The notes beneath the pieces are model-generated. The model was not told the origin of the DNA. It did no database searches and worked only from the letters and a program-made list of their open reading frames with translations. The position numbers and the translations under genes are program-made. Of a stretch of 64,000 nt of DNA, positions 39,619-49,427 are shown one piece after another. Numbering within the stretch: position 1 is the first letter of the stretch; each line of letters opens with the position of its first letter. Source of the stretch: an uncultured Actinomycetota bacterium (GTDB taxonomy: Bacteria > Actinomycetota > Actinomycetes > JAHEKZ01); contig CAVQYR010000001.1 in NCBI GenBank assembly GCA_963718235.1, positions 2,048,001 through 2,112,000 of the forward strand. The letters are read 5' to 3'.

Positions 39619-41187
39619 GTGCACTCCACCGACACGATTCCTGGGCTGCTCGCCGTGGCCGCCGAGCGCGACCCGGACGGGGTCTGGGTGCGTACCGACG
39701 AAGGCACGCTGACCTTCTCGGATGCCGTTGCCCACGTGGCTTCACTCACCGAGCGGCTCACCGCCGTCGGGGTGCGGCGCGGCGACCTGGTCGTACTCAC
39801 CGCGCGCACGACACCGCCCTACCTCCTGTGCTGGCTTGCGCTCGCGACGCTCGGCGCCGTCACCGTTCCCACCGACCCATCGGCGTCACCCCTGGAGCTG
39901 GGTGGACTGATCGGTCAGGTGCAGCCCCGCGCACTGGTCACGGACGACGAAGCCCGCCCGGTCGTGGACACTGCGGCGACGGGTGCTCCACCGGCACTCG
40001 GGGTGCTCGACGTCCAGGAGCTCGCGGGGGCCTGGCACCTGGGCCGACCGCCCGCCCCTTCCCTGCCGATGAGCGTCTCGGCCGACGACCTCGCCGTGCT
40101 CATCCCGACCTCCGGGACCACCGGGCGGTCCAAGCTGGTCATGCAGACACACCGCGCGTACGCAATGGCGGGCGAGGGCTTTCCGTACTGGCTGGGTCTC
40201 ACCTCCGCCGACCGGCTGATGACCTCGCTCCCCCTGTTCCACATCAACGCCCCGGCCTACTCCGTCCTCGGCTCGCTGGCGTGCGGAGCCGGACTCGTGC
40301 TCCTGCCGCGCTTCTCGGGCACCGGCTTCATCGACGCCGCCCGGCGGCACGGCGCCACCGAGTTCAACGCGATCGGGGCGATGCTGCAGATCCTCATGCG
40401 GCAGCCGGTCCGACCCGACGACGCCGATACCGACCTGCGGCTCTGCTACACCGGACCCTCCCCGACGCGGGAGTGGCAGGAGCAGTTCGAACGACGGTTC
40501 GGCCTTGAGGTCGTGTGCGGCTACGCCCTGTCCGAGTCTCCCTACGGACTCATCTGGAGGCACGGCCAGCGCCCGTTCGGGACGCTTGGCTCACCGCGCC
40601 AGCATCCGCGCCTCGGTCATGTCAACGACGCGCGGGTCGTCGACGACGCCGACCACGACGTCGAGGTCGGACGGACCGGGGAGCTGCTGCTACGCAACCC
40701 CACCGTGACCACCGGCTACTGGCAGATGCCGGAGGAGACGGCAGCGGTTCTGGTCGACGGCTGGTTGCACACCGGCGACCTCGTCACGGTCAACGCCGAC
40801 GCCACCTGCACCTTCGTCGCTCGCAAGAAGGAGGTGCTGCGCCGGCGCGGGCAGAACCTCTCACCCGTCGAGGTGGAGGAGGCGATCTCGACCCATCCCG
40901 ACGTGCTGGAGGTCGCTGTGGTGGCCGTGCCCTCTGAGCTGACCGAGGACGACGTGAAGGCGTTCGTCGTCCCGCGCCCGGGTCACACCATCGACTTCGA
41001 GGCGCTGGCCGGGTGGACCGCGGCCCGCCTGTCCGCCTTCAAGGTCCCGCGCTTCTGGCAGGCTGTCGGCGCTCTCCCCCGCACACCAACCGCCCGAGTC
41101 GCCAAGCACCGGCTGCCGGTCGGGCACCAGCCCGACGAGTACGACCTCCAGGCCGCCCCCACCCCTGACCCCGAGGACTCACCATGA
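39619..41187 (+). CDS. Acyl-CoA ligase (CaiC-like AMP-binding enzyme)
   Basis: TSGTTGRSK, LPLFHINA, YALSE, WLHTGD, FKVPR. Confidence 0.92.
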   Translation: MHSTDTIPGLLAVAAERDPDGVWVRTDEGTLTFSDAVAHVASLTERLTAVGVRRGDLVVLTARTTPPYLLCWLALATLGAVTVPTDPSASPLELGGLIGQVQPRALVTDDEARPVVDTAATGAPPALGVLDVQELAGAWHLGRPPAPSLPMSVSADDLAVLIPTSGTTGRSKLVMQTHRAYAMAGEGFPYWLGLTSADRLMTSLPLFHINAPAYSVLGSLACGAGLVLLPRFSGTGFIDAARRHGATEFNAIGAMLQILMRQPVRPDDADTDLRLCYTGPSPTREWQEQFERRFGLEVVCGYALSESPYGLIWRHGQRPFGTLGSPRQHPRLGHVNDARVVDDADHDVEVGRTGELLLRNPTVTTGYWQMPEETAAVLVDGWLHTGDLVTVNADATCTFVARKKEVLRRRGQNLSPVEVEEAISTHPDVLEVAVVAVPSELTEDDVKAFVVPRPGHTIDFEALAGWTAARLSAFKVPRFWQAVGALPRTPTARVAKHRLPVGHQPDEYDLQAAPTPDPEDSP

Positions 41188-41990
41188 CCGGGTACCCGAC
41201 CTCGATCGGCCATTCCGACGCGACATCCATCTCGCTGCTGGGCCAGGACCTGGCGCAGGACCTGTTGGGGCAGGTCGGCTTCGCCGAGCTGGCCTTCTGG
41301 CTGGTGGCCATGCGCCGTCCGACGCCCTCCGAGCTACGGGTCTTCGAGTCAGTGCTCGTCGCCCTGGCCGACCACGGGTTCACCCCGACGGTGATCGCGG
41401 CCCGGCTCACCCTCACCGGGGCGCCGGAGTCGGTGCAGGGGGCGCTGGCCGCCGGGCTGCTCGGCGGCGGATCGAGGTTCCTCGGCGTGACCGAGGACGC
41501 CGGGCGGTTCCTGTCCGACGCGTTGGCCCGGCAGGTGGCGACGGGTGACGCGCTGCCCGCAGACGAGCCGGGCTGGGACGCACTGGCCCGTGATGCGGTC
41601 CGGGCGCAGCGTCAGGCCGGCCAGTACGTGCCCGGACTCGGCCACACCGTCCACAAGGACGGTGACCCCCGAACACCGGTGCTCTTCCGGATCGCCACCG
41701 AGGAGCAGCTGTTCGGACCGCACCTCCAGCTGTTCGCGGCCATCGGGCGGGTCCATCCTGAGCTCCTGGGCCGCACCCTCCCGCTCAACGGCGCAGGCGC
41801 CTGCGGGGCCGTCCTGTGCGACCTGGGCTTCCCGGTCGAGATCCTGCGCGGGTTCGCCCTCCTGGCCCGCACCGCCGGCCTGCTCGGACACCTTGCCGAG
41901 GAGATGCGTCGGCCGATCGGGCTCCAGCTCTACGACGACGTCGAACAGGCGACCGACTACCGGCCGGTCAGTGAGGGGCCAGCGCGCTGA
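41184..41990 (+). CDS. Citryl-CoA lyase / short citrate-synthase-like protein
   Basis: ADHG, PGLGHTVHKDGDPR, LPLNGAG, ARTAG. ATGA-coupled to the ligase. Confidence 0.85.
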   Translation: MTGYPTSIGHSDATSISLLGQDLAQDLLGQVGFAELAFWLVAMRRPTPSELRVFESVLVALADHGFTPTVIAARLTLTGAPESVQGALAAGLLGGGSRFLGVTEDAGRFLSDALARQVATGDALPADEPGWDALARDAVRAQRQAGQYVPGLGHTVHKDGDPRTPVLFRIATEEQLFGPHLQLFAAIGRVHPELLGRTLPLNGAGACGAVLCDLGFPVEILRGFALLARTAGLLGHLAEEMRRPIGLQLYDDVEQATDYRPVSEGPAR

Positions 41991-42876
41991 GCATCCGCTC
42001 AGCGTTGCCCATCGACGTCACCGGGTCGATGTCGTCGGCCACGGTGTTCGGGTCCCAGTTCAGGTCGAGGAAGACCTCGGTGACCCCGTGTCGCTCGAGA
42101 TCGGCGAGATCTGCCCGGATCTGGTCGGGCGTTCCCTGCAGGGGCTGACGCTCCTCAAGCACCTCGTCGGTCAGCCCGACGACCCCGCGCACCACGAAGC
42201 GCAGCCGCTCCGGGTCGCGACCCGCCTCCACCGCCGCGGACCGCACGACGTCGATCGACGAGCCGATCGTCGTCAGGTCGGTGCGGCTGCTGCTGATCCA
42301 GCCGTCGGCGACCCGGCCGATCCGGCGCAGAGCCACCTCGGCGCCCCCTCCCATGAGGATCGGAGGATGCGGCTGCTGAACCGGCTTGGGCTCCACCCGG
42401 CATCGCGGCAGCTCGTAGAACTCCCCGTGGAACTCCGGCTCCGCCTCGGTCCACGTGGCCTTGAGATAGGCGATGAACTCCTCACCCCGCCTTCCGCGCC
42501 CCGCGGACTCCGCGCCGACGGCTGCGAACTCCTGGCTGGCCCAGCCGAGCCCGAGCCCCACGTCGAGGCGACCGTTCGACAGCAGGTCCAGGGTCGTCAG
42601 TGCCTTCGACAGCACGAGCGGTGGGTAGAAGGGCATGTTCACCACGGCGATTCCCAGCCGGATGCGCGACGTGCTCGCGGCCGCGAAGGCCAGTGCCGTG
42701 ACCGGGTCCAGGACTGAGTGGTACGCGAAGCCCCACTCCTCGTCCACGGGGTGCAGCAGTCGCTGGAACCCCCACGCCGAGGCGAAGCCGAGCTCCTCGG
42801 CGCGAACGGCGACGTCGCGCAGGTTGTCCGCCGTGGCCCACGGGCCCGAGACGGGCAGTCCGACACCGAGCAGCAC
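41968..42876 (-). CDS. LLM-class (probably F420-dependent) oxidoreductase
   Basis: AEELGF, TSRIRLG, LDLLSNGRLDVGLGLGW, PKPVQQPHPPI. Confidence 0.9.
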   Translation of the reverse strand: MLLGVGLPVSGPWATADNLRDVAVRAEELGFASAWGFQRLLHPVDEEWGFAYHSVLDPVTALAFAAASTSRIRLGIAVVNMPFYPPLVLSKALTTLDLLSNGRLDVGLGLGWASQEFAAVGAESAGRGRRGEEFIAYLKATWTEAEPEFHGEFYELPRCRVEPKPVQQPHPPILMGGGAEVALRRIGRVADGWISSSRTDLTTIGSSIDVVRSAAVEAGRDPERLRFVVRGVVGLTDEVLEERQPLQGTPDQIRADLADLERHGVTEVFLDLNWDPNTVADDIDPVTSMGNAERMLSALAPH

Positions 42877-42884
42877 TGGGTGTC

Positions 42885-43394
42885 CTACTCGTCGAGCTGG
42901 CGGCCGGCGAAGAACATCAGGGGGTCGCTGAGCAGCTCGATCTGGATCCCGTCGGGGTCCTTGAAGTACATCGACTCCGGGATGCCCAGGTCGGGGCCGG
43001 CGTAGGGCACGCCCGCCGCCTCCAGCCGGGCCTGCATCTCCTCCCAGCGGTCCCGCGAGGCCGAGATGGCGATGTGCTGGACCGAGCCGATGGACTCGAC
43101 CGCCGGACCGAGGCCCAAGCCGGGGAAGTCGAAGAAGCCGAGGAGGGTCTTGTTCCCAAGGTCGAAGAAGAAGTGCGACGAACCCGGGTAGTCACGGTTC
43201 TCGGTCAGCTCGACCAGTGGGAACCCGAGCAGGCCTTGGTAGAACTGGATCGTCTGTTCGACGTCGGAGCAGATGAGGGCCGCGTGGTGGATGCCGCGCC
43301 CGGGCGACGTGCGCTCAGCCGGCGGCATCACGTACTTCTCGCGCAGCTCCTTGCGCCGCGCCTCGAGCTCGACCAGCTCGGCATCACTGGGCAT
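42885..43394 (-). CDS. VOC / glyoxalase family protein
   Basis: GIHHAALI, FYQGLLG, HIAI, YFKDPDGIQIEL. Confidence 0.9.
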   Translation of the reverse strand: MPSDAELVELEARRKELREKYVMPPAERTSPGRGIHHAALICSDVEQTIQFYQGLLGFPLVELTENRDYPGSSHFFFDLGNKTLLGFFDFPGLGLGPAVESIGSVQHIAISASRDRWEEMQARLEAAGVPYAGPDLGIPESMYFKDPDGIQIELLSDPLMFFAGRQLDE

Positions 43395-43483
43395 GTCTCA
43401 CCTCACCTAGGCAGCATCCGGGGTGACCTTGCACGACCGCCCGGAACCGTGAGGCACCTCGGAAGACGAGTCGTCAGATCACC

Positions 43484-43981
43484 CTAGCGGCGATCGGCGA
43501 CCGCCGCGATGTCACCTTCGTAGGCACTCCGCATGGCAGCGATGTCGAACTTGCCCATGGCGAGCATGGCCTGGACGGCCCGTCCGCGGCCCTCCTCGTC
43601 CGCGCCACCGATCCAGTCCGACAGCTGGGTGGGGACGACTTGCCACGTGACCCCGAAGCGGTCGGTGACCCATCCGCACTGCATCGGCGTGCCGCCGGCT
43701 TCGAACGCCGACCAGAACCGGTCGATCTCGTCCTGTGTCCGGCACGAGACCACGAACGAGACGGCAGGCGTGAGCGCGTAGTGCGGCCCACCGTTGAGGG
43801 CGACGAACGGCTGTCCGCGCAGCTCGAAGTCCACCGTCATCACCGCGCCTTCCTCTCCCGGAGCGTGGGGGGCGTAGCGCGACACCGACCGGACCTGCGC
43901 GTCCTCGAACAGGTCGACGTAGAAGCTGACGGCCTGCTCCGCCCCGGACTCGAACCAGATGAAGGGGGTGACGGAACCCAT
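43484..43981 (-). CDS. VOC family protein, PhnB / 3-demethylubiquinone methyltransferase-like
   Basis: ALNGGP, SFVV.C.TQDEID, CGWVTDRFGVTWQV. Confidence 0.9.
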   Translation of the reverse strand: MGSVTPFIWFESGAEQAVSFYVDLFEDAQVRSVSRYAPHAPGEEGAVMTVDFELRGQPFVALNGGPHYALTPAVSFVVSCRTQDEIDRFWSAFEAGGTPMQCGWVTDRFGVTWQVVPTQLSDWIGGADEEGRGRAVQAMLAMGKFDIAAMRSAYEGDIAAVADRR

Positions 43982-44154
43982 CGCTCGCTCCTCGGCTCGG
44001 TGGTGTCCGGACAGGATGGCACCTTCGGGAACCCGATGACCATGGCGGTGTCCGCTTCGACGGGCTGAGGTCCGCCTGGGCCTCTGAGGTGGTCGGCAAC
44101 TATCCTGGGACCAGGCCGAGTAACACCCCGGCAGCAACAGGAGGAGCGACAACG

Positions 44155-44787
44155 ATGGGTATTCGACTGGGCGATCTAGCCCCGGACTTCAACGCCGAGA
44201 CCACCGAGGGAACGATCGACTTCCACGACTGGAAGGCCGGCAGCTGGGCGGTCCTGTTCAGCCACCCCGCCGACTTCACCCCTGTGTGCACCACTGAGCT
44301 GGGACGCACCTCCGGGCTGAAGGACGAGTTCGACAAGCGCGGCGTCAAGGCGATCGCCGTCTCGGTCGACTCCCTCGCCGACCACCGTGGGTGGGCACCG
44401 GACATCCAGACAGTGAGTGGCAACACGCTGAACTTCCCGATCATCGCCGACCCCGACCGTAAGGTCTCCGAGCTCTACGACATGATCCACCCGGGCGAGG
44501 GTGATACGTCGACCGTGCGGTCGGTGTTCATCATCGACCCGAACGACAAGGTGCGGCTCACCCTCACCTACCCGAAGTCGGTCGGTCGCAACTTCGACGA
44601 GATCCTGCGCGTCATCGACGCTCTGCAGCTCACCGACGCCCAGCCGGTGTCGACGCCGGCAGACTGGGAGCCCGGGCAGCGCGTGATCGTCGCCACCGCC
44701 ATGTCGACCGAGGACGCGAAGGCTCGGTTCGGTGAGATCGAGCAGGTCACTCCGTACCTGCGTTGGACGCCCCAGCCCCAGGGCTGA
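44155..44787 (+). CDS. 1-Cys peroxiredoxin (Prx6)
   Basis: FSHPADFTPVCTTELG, GRNFDEILR, TPADW. Confidence 0.95.
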   Translation: MGIRLGDLAPDFNAETTEGTIDFHDWKAGSWAVLFSHPADFTPVCTTELGRTSGLKDEFDKRGVKAIAVSVDSLADHRGWAPDIQTVSGNTLNFPIIADPDRKVSELYDMIHPGEGDTSTVRSVFIIDPNDKVRLTLTYPKSVGRNFDEILRVIDALQLTDAQPVSTPADWEPGQRVIVATAMSTEDAKARFGEIEQVTPYLRWTPQPQG

Positions 44788-44836
44788 CCGGGCGGTCGCC
44801 CCGCTCGATGAGTGGGGCGACCGACCAGGATCGAGG

Positions 44837-45967
44837 ATGTCGATGGCGCGACCGACAGGTGTCACGTTGGACAACTGGCAGGAGGGGCCGGGTAATCGGT
44901 GGGCCTTCCAGCACGTGGACGAGCTCGTTGCCACGGCGGCGGTCTCCCGAGGTGCGGGGCCGGTGCTCGAGCTCTCCGACGGTGGGCCGCTGGTCGTGCC
45001 CGGGCTCGACGACTTCCTCGAGCGGTCTTTCACCGACGGCTTGATCGTGATGAGGGGTCATGAGGTCGTGCTGGAGCGCTACCTCAACGGGTTGACCCCC
45101 TCCACGCGCCACCTTCTGCAGTCGGTGTCCAAGTCGATGTGCAGCGCCGTCGTCGGGCAGTACGTCGCAACCGGCGCACTCGACGTGGACCAGACGGTCG
45201 GCCACTACCTTCCCGAGCTCAGCGGGTCCGCCTACGGCGACGCCACAGTGCAGCAGACACTCGACATGACCGTCGCGGTCCAGTACGACGAGACCTACGA
45301 GGACCCTCGGTCGGAGGTCCAGGCGCACGAACGGGCTGGTGGGTGGCGAACCCCGCTCGACCGAGATCCCGACGACACCTACACGTTCCTGGCCGGGCTT
45401 CGCCAGTCCGGTGATCACGGAAGGGTCTTTCAGTACTGCTCAGCCAACACCGATGTCCTGGCCTGGCTCGTCGAGCGGGTGGCACAGCGCCCCTTCGTCG
45501 ACGTCTGGAGCTCAGACCTCTGGTCGCGGATCGGTGCCGAGCACGATGCCTACGTCACGGTCGACGCGACCGGCTTCCCCATGGCGAACGGCGGAATGTG
45601 CGTCACGCTGCGCGACCTGGCCCGGTTCGGCCGGGTCGTTCTGAGCGGTGGGATCGGCCCGGGCGACACACCAGTGATCCCTTCGGAGTGGGTCGCCGAC
45701 ATCCGCAGGGGAGGCGACCCGGCCGCCGCCGTCGACAGCATGAAGGACGCGCACCCGCACGGCAGCTACCGCGACCAGTTCTGGATCACCGGCGACGAGC
45801 ACGGGTGCTTCTACGGGGTCGGCATCTTCGGTCAGTACGTCTGGATGAACCCGGACACCGACGTGGTTGTCGCCAAGCTCTCCTCGCTCCCGGACGCCGA
45901 CGACACCGCGAACTGGGTCGAGCACGTCGCGTTCTTCGACCGCGTGTCCGCGGGGCTGACCGCGTAG
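44837..45967 (+). CDS. Serine hydrolase, beta-lactamase fold (NylB / 6-aminohexanoate-dimer hydrolase-like)
   Basis: SVSK (SxxK), FQYCSANT, GVGIFGQ. Confidence 0.88.
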   Translation: MSMARPTGVTLDNWQEGPGNRWAFQHVDELVATAAVSRGAGPVLELSDGGPLVVPGLDDFLERSFTDGLIVMRGHEVVLERYLNGLTPSTRHLLQSVSKSMCSAVVGQYVATGALDVDQTVGHYLPELSGSAYGDATVQQTLDMTVAVQYDETYEDPRSEVQAHERAGGWRTPLDRDPDDTYTFLAGLRQSGDHGRVFQYCSANTDVLAWLVERVAQRPFVDVWSSDLWSRIGAEHDAYVTVDATGFPMANGGMCVTLRDLARFGRVVLSGGIGPGDTPVIPSEWVADIRRGGDPAAAVDSMKDAHPHGSYRDQFWITGDEHGCFYGVGIFGQYVWMNPDTDVVVAKLSSLPDADDTANWVEHVAFFDRVSAGLTA

Positions 45968-46057
45968 AGCTGCCGGGTCACCAGCCGACTTCCGAGATCT
46001 CAATGGACTCGACCTCGTCGTCGTGCATCATTCCGATGGTCCCCACCGGTACATCGT

Positions 46058-46786
46058 CTACGTCGACTCCTTCGAGGCCAGTCGCTGCGACGCGTACAGC
46101 CCGACGAGCATCGCCACGAAGGTGACGAGATACACCTGCCCGACGATCGCCTCGCTGCTCGACAGCAGGCGGCCCCACGAGCTGGCCGGCGTCAGGTCGC
46201 CGTAACCCACCGTCGAGACGGAGGACAGGCTGAAGTACATGTAGGACGTCGTCGGCTCGGGCTGACCAAAGAACGGCTGTCCCTGGATCGCCTCGAGAGC
46301 GAGGAACGCGTAGTAGAAGGCCACCGGGATCAGCAGGTAGGCCGAGACGGCACCGAGGAGCGTCGCCTGCGTCACGGACCGGTGCTGGAGGACGCGCCGG
46401 ATGACCACCAACGGGGCGCCGATCGACAGCACCACCATGAGGATGGACGCGCTCGGTGAGTCGTTGTTGCCAAGGTTGAGGTCGAACGCGAGCTGGAGGA
46501 CGACGAGAACCGCTGAGATCGCGAGGCTGACGCCCACGAACACGTCGGCGACCCGCCGCCAGGATCTGGCCAGGCCAGCCGCCCGAAGAGCCAGCAGGAG
46601 CGCTGCGCCGACCATCAGCACCGTCATCAGCCAGAAGAGCTCGGCGCCACGATCACCCCAGGGCTCTCGCAGGTCGACCACCGAGAGGAAGACGATGGCC
46701 ACGACGACCACGGCGAGCAAGAGCCCGAACCGGTCCAGGTAGCGGCTGTCGTCGGCGAAGACGCTTCGCCGACGCTGCGATGACAT
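46058..46786 (-). CDS. Potassium channel family protein (no C-terminal gating domain)
   Basis: STVGYGD selectivity filter, several N-terminal TM helices. Confidence 0.88.
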   Translation of the reverse strand: MSSQRRRSVFADDSRYLDRFGLLLAVVVVAIVFLSVVDLREPWGDRGAELFWLMTVLMVGAALLLALRAAGLARSWRRVADVFVGVSLAISAVLVVLQLAFDLNLGNNDSPSASILMVVLSIGAPLVVIRRVLQHRSVTQATLLGAVSAYLLIPVAFYYAFLALEAIQGQPFFGQPEPTTSYMYFSLSSVSTVGYGDLTPASSWGRLLSSSEAIVGQVYLVTFVAMLVGLYASQRLASKEST

Positions 46787-46873
46787 GACCCTCCCCGGTG
46801 CTCAGGCACCTAGTGGATCATGCATGCACCTACAGTTCCGTGCGACACGGCGGAGAGACGTCAGTCCCAGACG

Positions 46874-47326
46874 TCAGCCGGCGGTCAGGGTCGAGGTCGC
46901 GTAGGTCTCGTTCATGGTCTTGATGTTGCGGGCGTAGGAGTTGAACACGTAGCTGCCTGCTGCCTGCGGCGTGACCGTGAACTTCAGCGTCGCGGTCTTG
47001 CCCGCACCCAGGCTGTTCACCAGGCAGTAAAGCAGGCCCCCGGTCGCGGCACGGCATGAGGCATTGCGCGGAGCCACCACGTTGGACCAGCCGAGCGGGG
47101 AGACGACGCCGAGCGCGACCTGCCCGAGACCCCGCGACCCGTTGTTGGTCGCGGTGACGGAGATGACCGAGGAGGAGCCGACGGCAACCGCCGACGGTGT
47201 GGCAAAGACACCGGCCGCAGGCGTGTTGGTCGCCGCCTGGGCGGCCGAGGTGGCAGCTCCGGCCACGAGGGTGCCGACCAGGGCGGTCGTGGTGGCGGCG
47301 GTCAGGAAGGCAGAGCGACGAAGCAT
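46874..47326 (-). CDS. Secreted DUF11/Ig-like protein
   Basis: RRSAFL Tat-like signal, SVTATNNG, CLVNSLGAGKTATLKFTV. Confidence 0.75.
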   Translation of the reverse strand: MLRRSAFLTAATTTALVGTLVAGAATSAAQAATNTPAAGVFATPSAVAVGSSSVISVTATNNGSRGLGQVALGVVSPLGWSNVVAPRNASCRAATGGLLYCLVNSLGAGKTATLKFTVTPQAAGSYVFNSYARNIKTMNETYATSTLTAG

Positions 47327-47439
47327 GACTACTCCTGGGAGACGTTGCGTGCGTCGGACGATGTGACGTCGTCAGCCAACTGCGGGGTCGGTTAAGGCCG
47401 GGTGAAGCACTGGGCAACGAGCGGCTGTCGACCGCCGGC

Positions 47440-48906
47440 TCAGTACCGCGTCGTTACCGGGACACTCGGACGAGTGGCCCAGGGTGCCGCTTCCTCTAGC
47501 TCGTACGCGAGGGTCAGCAGACGCGCTTCACATCCGTAGGGCGCGGACAGCTGGACTCCGATCGGTAACCCCGTGCTGCTGAGCCCGAGCGGCAGCGAGA
47601 GCGCCGGGGAGCCGGACACGTTCTGCACCGGGGTGAAGGACGTGTAGCGCAGCAGCCGGACGAGGTGCGTCCTGAAGTCGACGTCCGGGCCGAGGTGACC
47701 GATCGGCGGCGGCTCGTGCCCCAGCACCGGGCTCAGAACCACATCGAAGCGCTCGAAGACCGACTCGTGCTCCCGGGCGAGGCGACGAAGCCGTCGGAGC
47801 GAGCCAGGGAAGCGTTCCGGTGACTGGACGAAGAGCCCCGCCAACCCCCGGGTGACCTGCTCGGCCCGCCGGGCGTCGAACTCCCGGCCGTACCAGCGCT
47901 TGCCGGCGCGGGTCAGCAGGAACGCGACGAAGGACCAGTAGCGCAGGAAGTCGGGTCCGAACTCCTCGCCAACCACGGGTCCGGTCTCCTCGACCTCGTG
48001 ACCAAGCTCTTGGCACAGGCGTCCGGCCTCCCGTACGGCTTCGCGGACCTCGTGGGCCACGGGAAGCCCTCGGATCGACGACTCGACGACTCCGATCCGC
48101 AGCCGCGGTCCCCCACCCTGCTGGATGTGGCCGATCGGCGGAAGCACAGCGTTGCGGTAGGCCCGCTCCGCCTCCGCGAAGTAGCGCGCGGTGTCACGCA
48201 CCGAGCGGGTCAGCACGCCTTGCGTCGACAGGTTGACGGGGGAGCGCCCCAGCTCGGGGAGGTCGATCAGCCGGCCACGACTGGGCTTGAGGCCGACGAG
48301 TCCGCAACAGGATGCAGGAATACGGATCGAGCCCCCGCCGTCGTTGGCGTGCGCGATGGGCACCACGCCAGCGGCCACGAGCGCAGCCGACCCCCCACTG
48401 GATCCCCCTGCCGAACGCCCGGTGTGCCACGGGTTACGAGTCGCGCCGAACCGTCGGGTCTCCGTCGACGCCGTCAGTCCGAACTCCGAAAGGGTCGTCT
48501 TGCCCACCGGCGCTACGCCGAGTGCGACGTACTGCGCGACCCACGGCGAGCACGCGGCAGCAGGTCGGTGTGGCACGGCCCAGGACGCCTCGGTCGTGGG
48601 GAAGCCGGTGAGGTCCTCGTTGTCCTTCACGAAGGTGGGGATGCCGGCAAGCGGAGCATCGGACGCGACGCTCACCTCGGTGACCACCGGCTCATCGGCC
48701 CATGCGGTGACGGCGTTCAAGAAGACGTTCGCCACTCTGGCTCGCCCGAGCGCAGCCTCGCGCAGCTCGTCGGGTGAGACCTCGCCCCTGGCGAGCCGTT
48801 CGAGCAGACCGGTCATGTCATCGGTCCCGAGCGCGTCGTCCGTGGTCACGTCGACGGGGCGCGGCCGGGCGGCTGGGGTGACTGAACGTGCCTGGGCGTC
48901 GTCCAT
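47440..48906 (-). CDS. Amidase-signature family hydrolase
   Basis: FVKDN, GGSSGGSAA, DGGGSIRIPASCCG, GLPIGVQL. Confidence 0.93.
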   Translation of the reverse strand: MDDAQARSVTPAARPRPVDVTTDDALGTDDMTGLLERLARGEVSPDELREAALGRARVANVFLNAVTAWADEPVVTEVSVASDAPLAGIPTFVKDNEDLTGFPTTEASWAVPHRPAAACSPWVAQYVALGVAPVGKTTLSEFGLTASTETRRFGATRNPWHTGRSAGGSSGGSAALVAAGVVPIAHANDGGGSIRIPASCCGLVGLKPSRGRLIDLPELGRSPVNLSTQGVLTRSVRDTARYFAEAERAYRNAVLPPIGHIQQGGGPRLRIGVVESSIRGLPVAHEVREAVREAGRLCQELGHEVEETGPVVGEEFGPDFLRYWSFVAFLLTRAGKRWYGREFDARRAEQVTRGLAGLFVQSPERFPGSLRRLRRLAREHESVFERFDVVLSPVLGHEPPPIGHLGPDVDFRTHLVRLLRYTSFTPVQNVSGSPALSLPLGLSSTGLPIGVQLSAPYGCEARLLTLAYELEEAAPWATRPSVPVTTRY

Positions 48907-48994
48907 GCCGCCATTGTCCGACATCAGCCGCGGCTGCCCGTTGGGACGGTCAGCCGGGGTTCCCGAACGTCGCGGCAGAGGGCATGCTGGGCCG

Positions 48995-49393
48995 GTGCTC
49001 ACTGCTGAAGATCTCGAGTCGATCCCTCTCCTGGCCCCGCTGTCGTCACAGATGCGAGCCGCGCTCGCGAGCCGCTTCGAGGTCGACCAGTACGGCCCCG
49101 GCCAGCCAATCGTGGAGCAGGGTGAGTCCGGGCACACCTTCTTCGTCCTGGCGGAGGGCCGGGCCGCAGTGACCCAGGACGACAGGCAGCTGGGGTACCT
49201 CGAGGCGGGCGACCACTTCGGCGAGATGGCCATCCTGGGTGGTGAGGGCCGGCGCAACGCGACGGTCACGGCCGTCACGCCGGTCGTGGTGTGGGCCCTG
49301 TTCGGCACATCCTTCCGCGCGATGCAGGAGAGCGAGCCGGAGGTCGCCGCCCAGCTGCGGAGCGCCATGGGGGAACGGGACCGCGACACCTGA
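48995..49393 (+). CDS. Stand-alone cyclic nucleotide-binding domain protein
   Basis: IVEQGE, GDHFGEMAI, RRNATVTA phosphate-binding cassette. Confidence 0.88.
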   Translation: MLTAEDLESIPLLAPLSSQMRAALASRFEVDQYGPGQPIVEQGESGHTFFVLAEGRAAVTQDDRQLGYLEAGDHFGEMAILGGEGRRNATVTAVTPVVVWALFGTSFRAMQESEPEVAAQLRSAMGERDRDT

Positions 49394-49427
49394 CCCGGCG
49401 AAGGGACAGCCGTACGCCGTCTGATCC

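Noticed and set aside
45978-46031. Possible acidic micro-ORF MMHDDEVESIEISEVGW after the K+ channel
   Set aside because: Too short, with no convincing RBS or recognisable homology.
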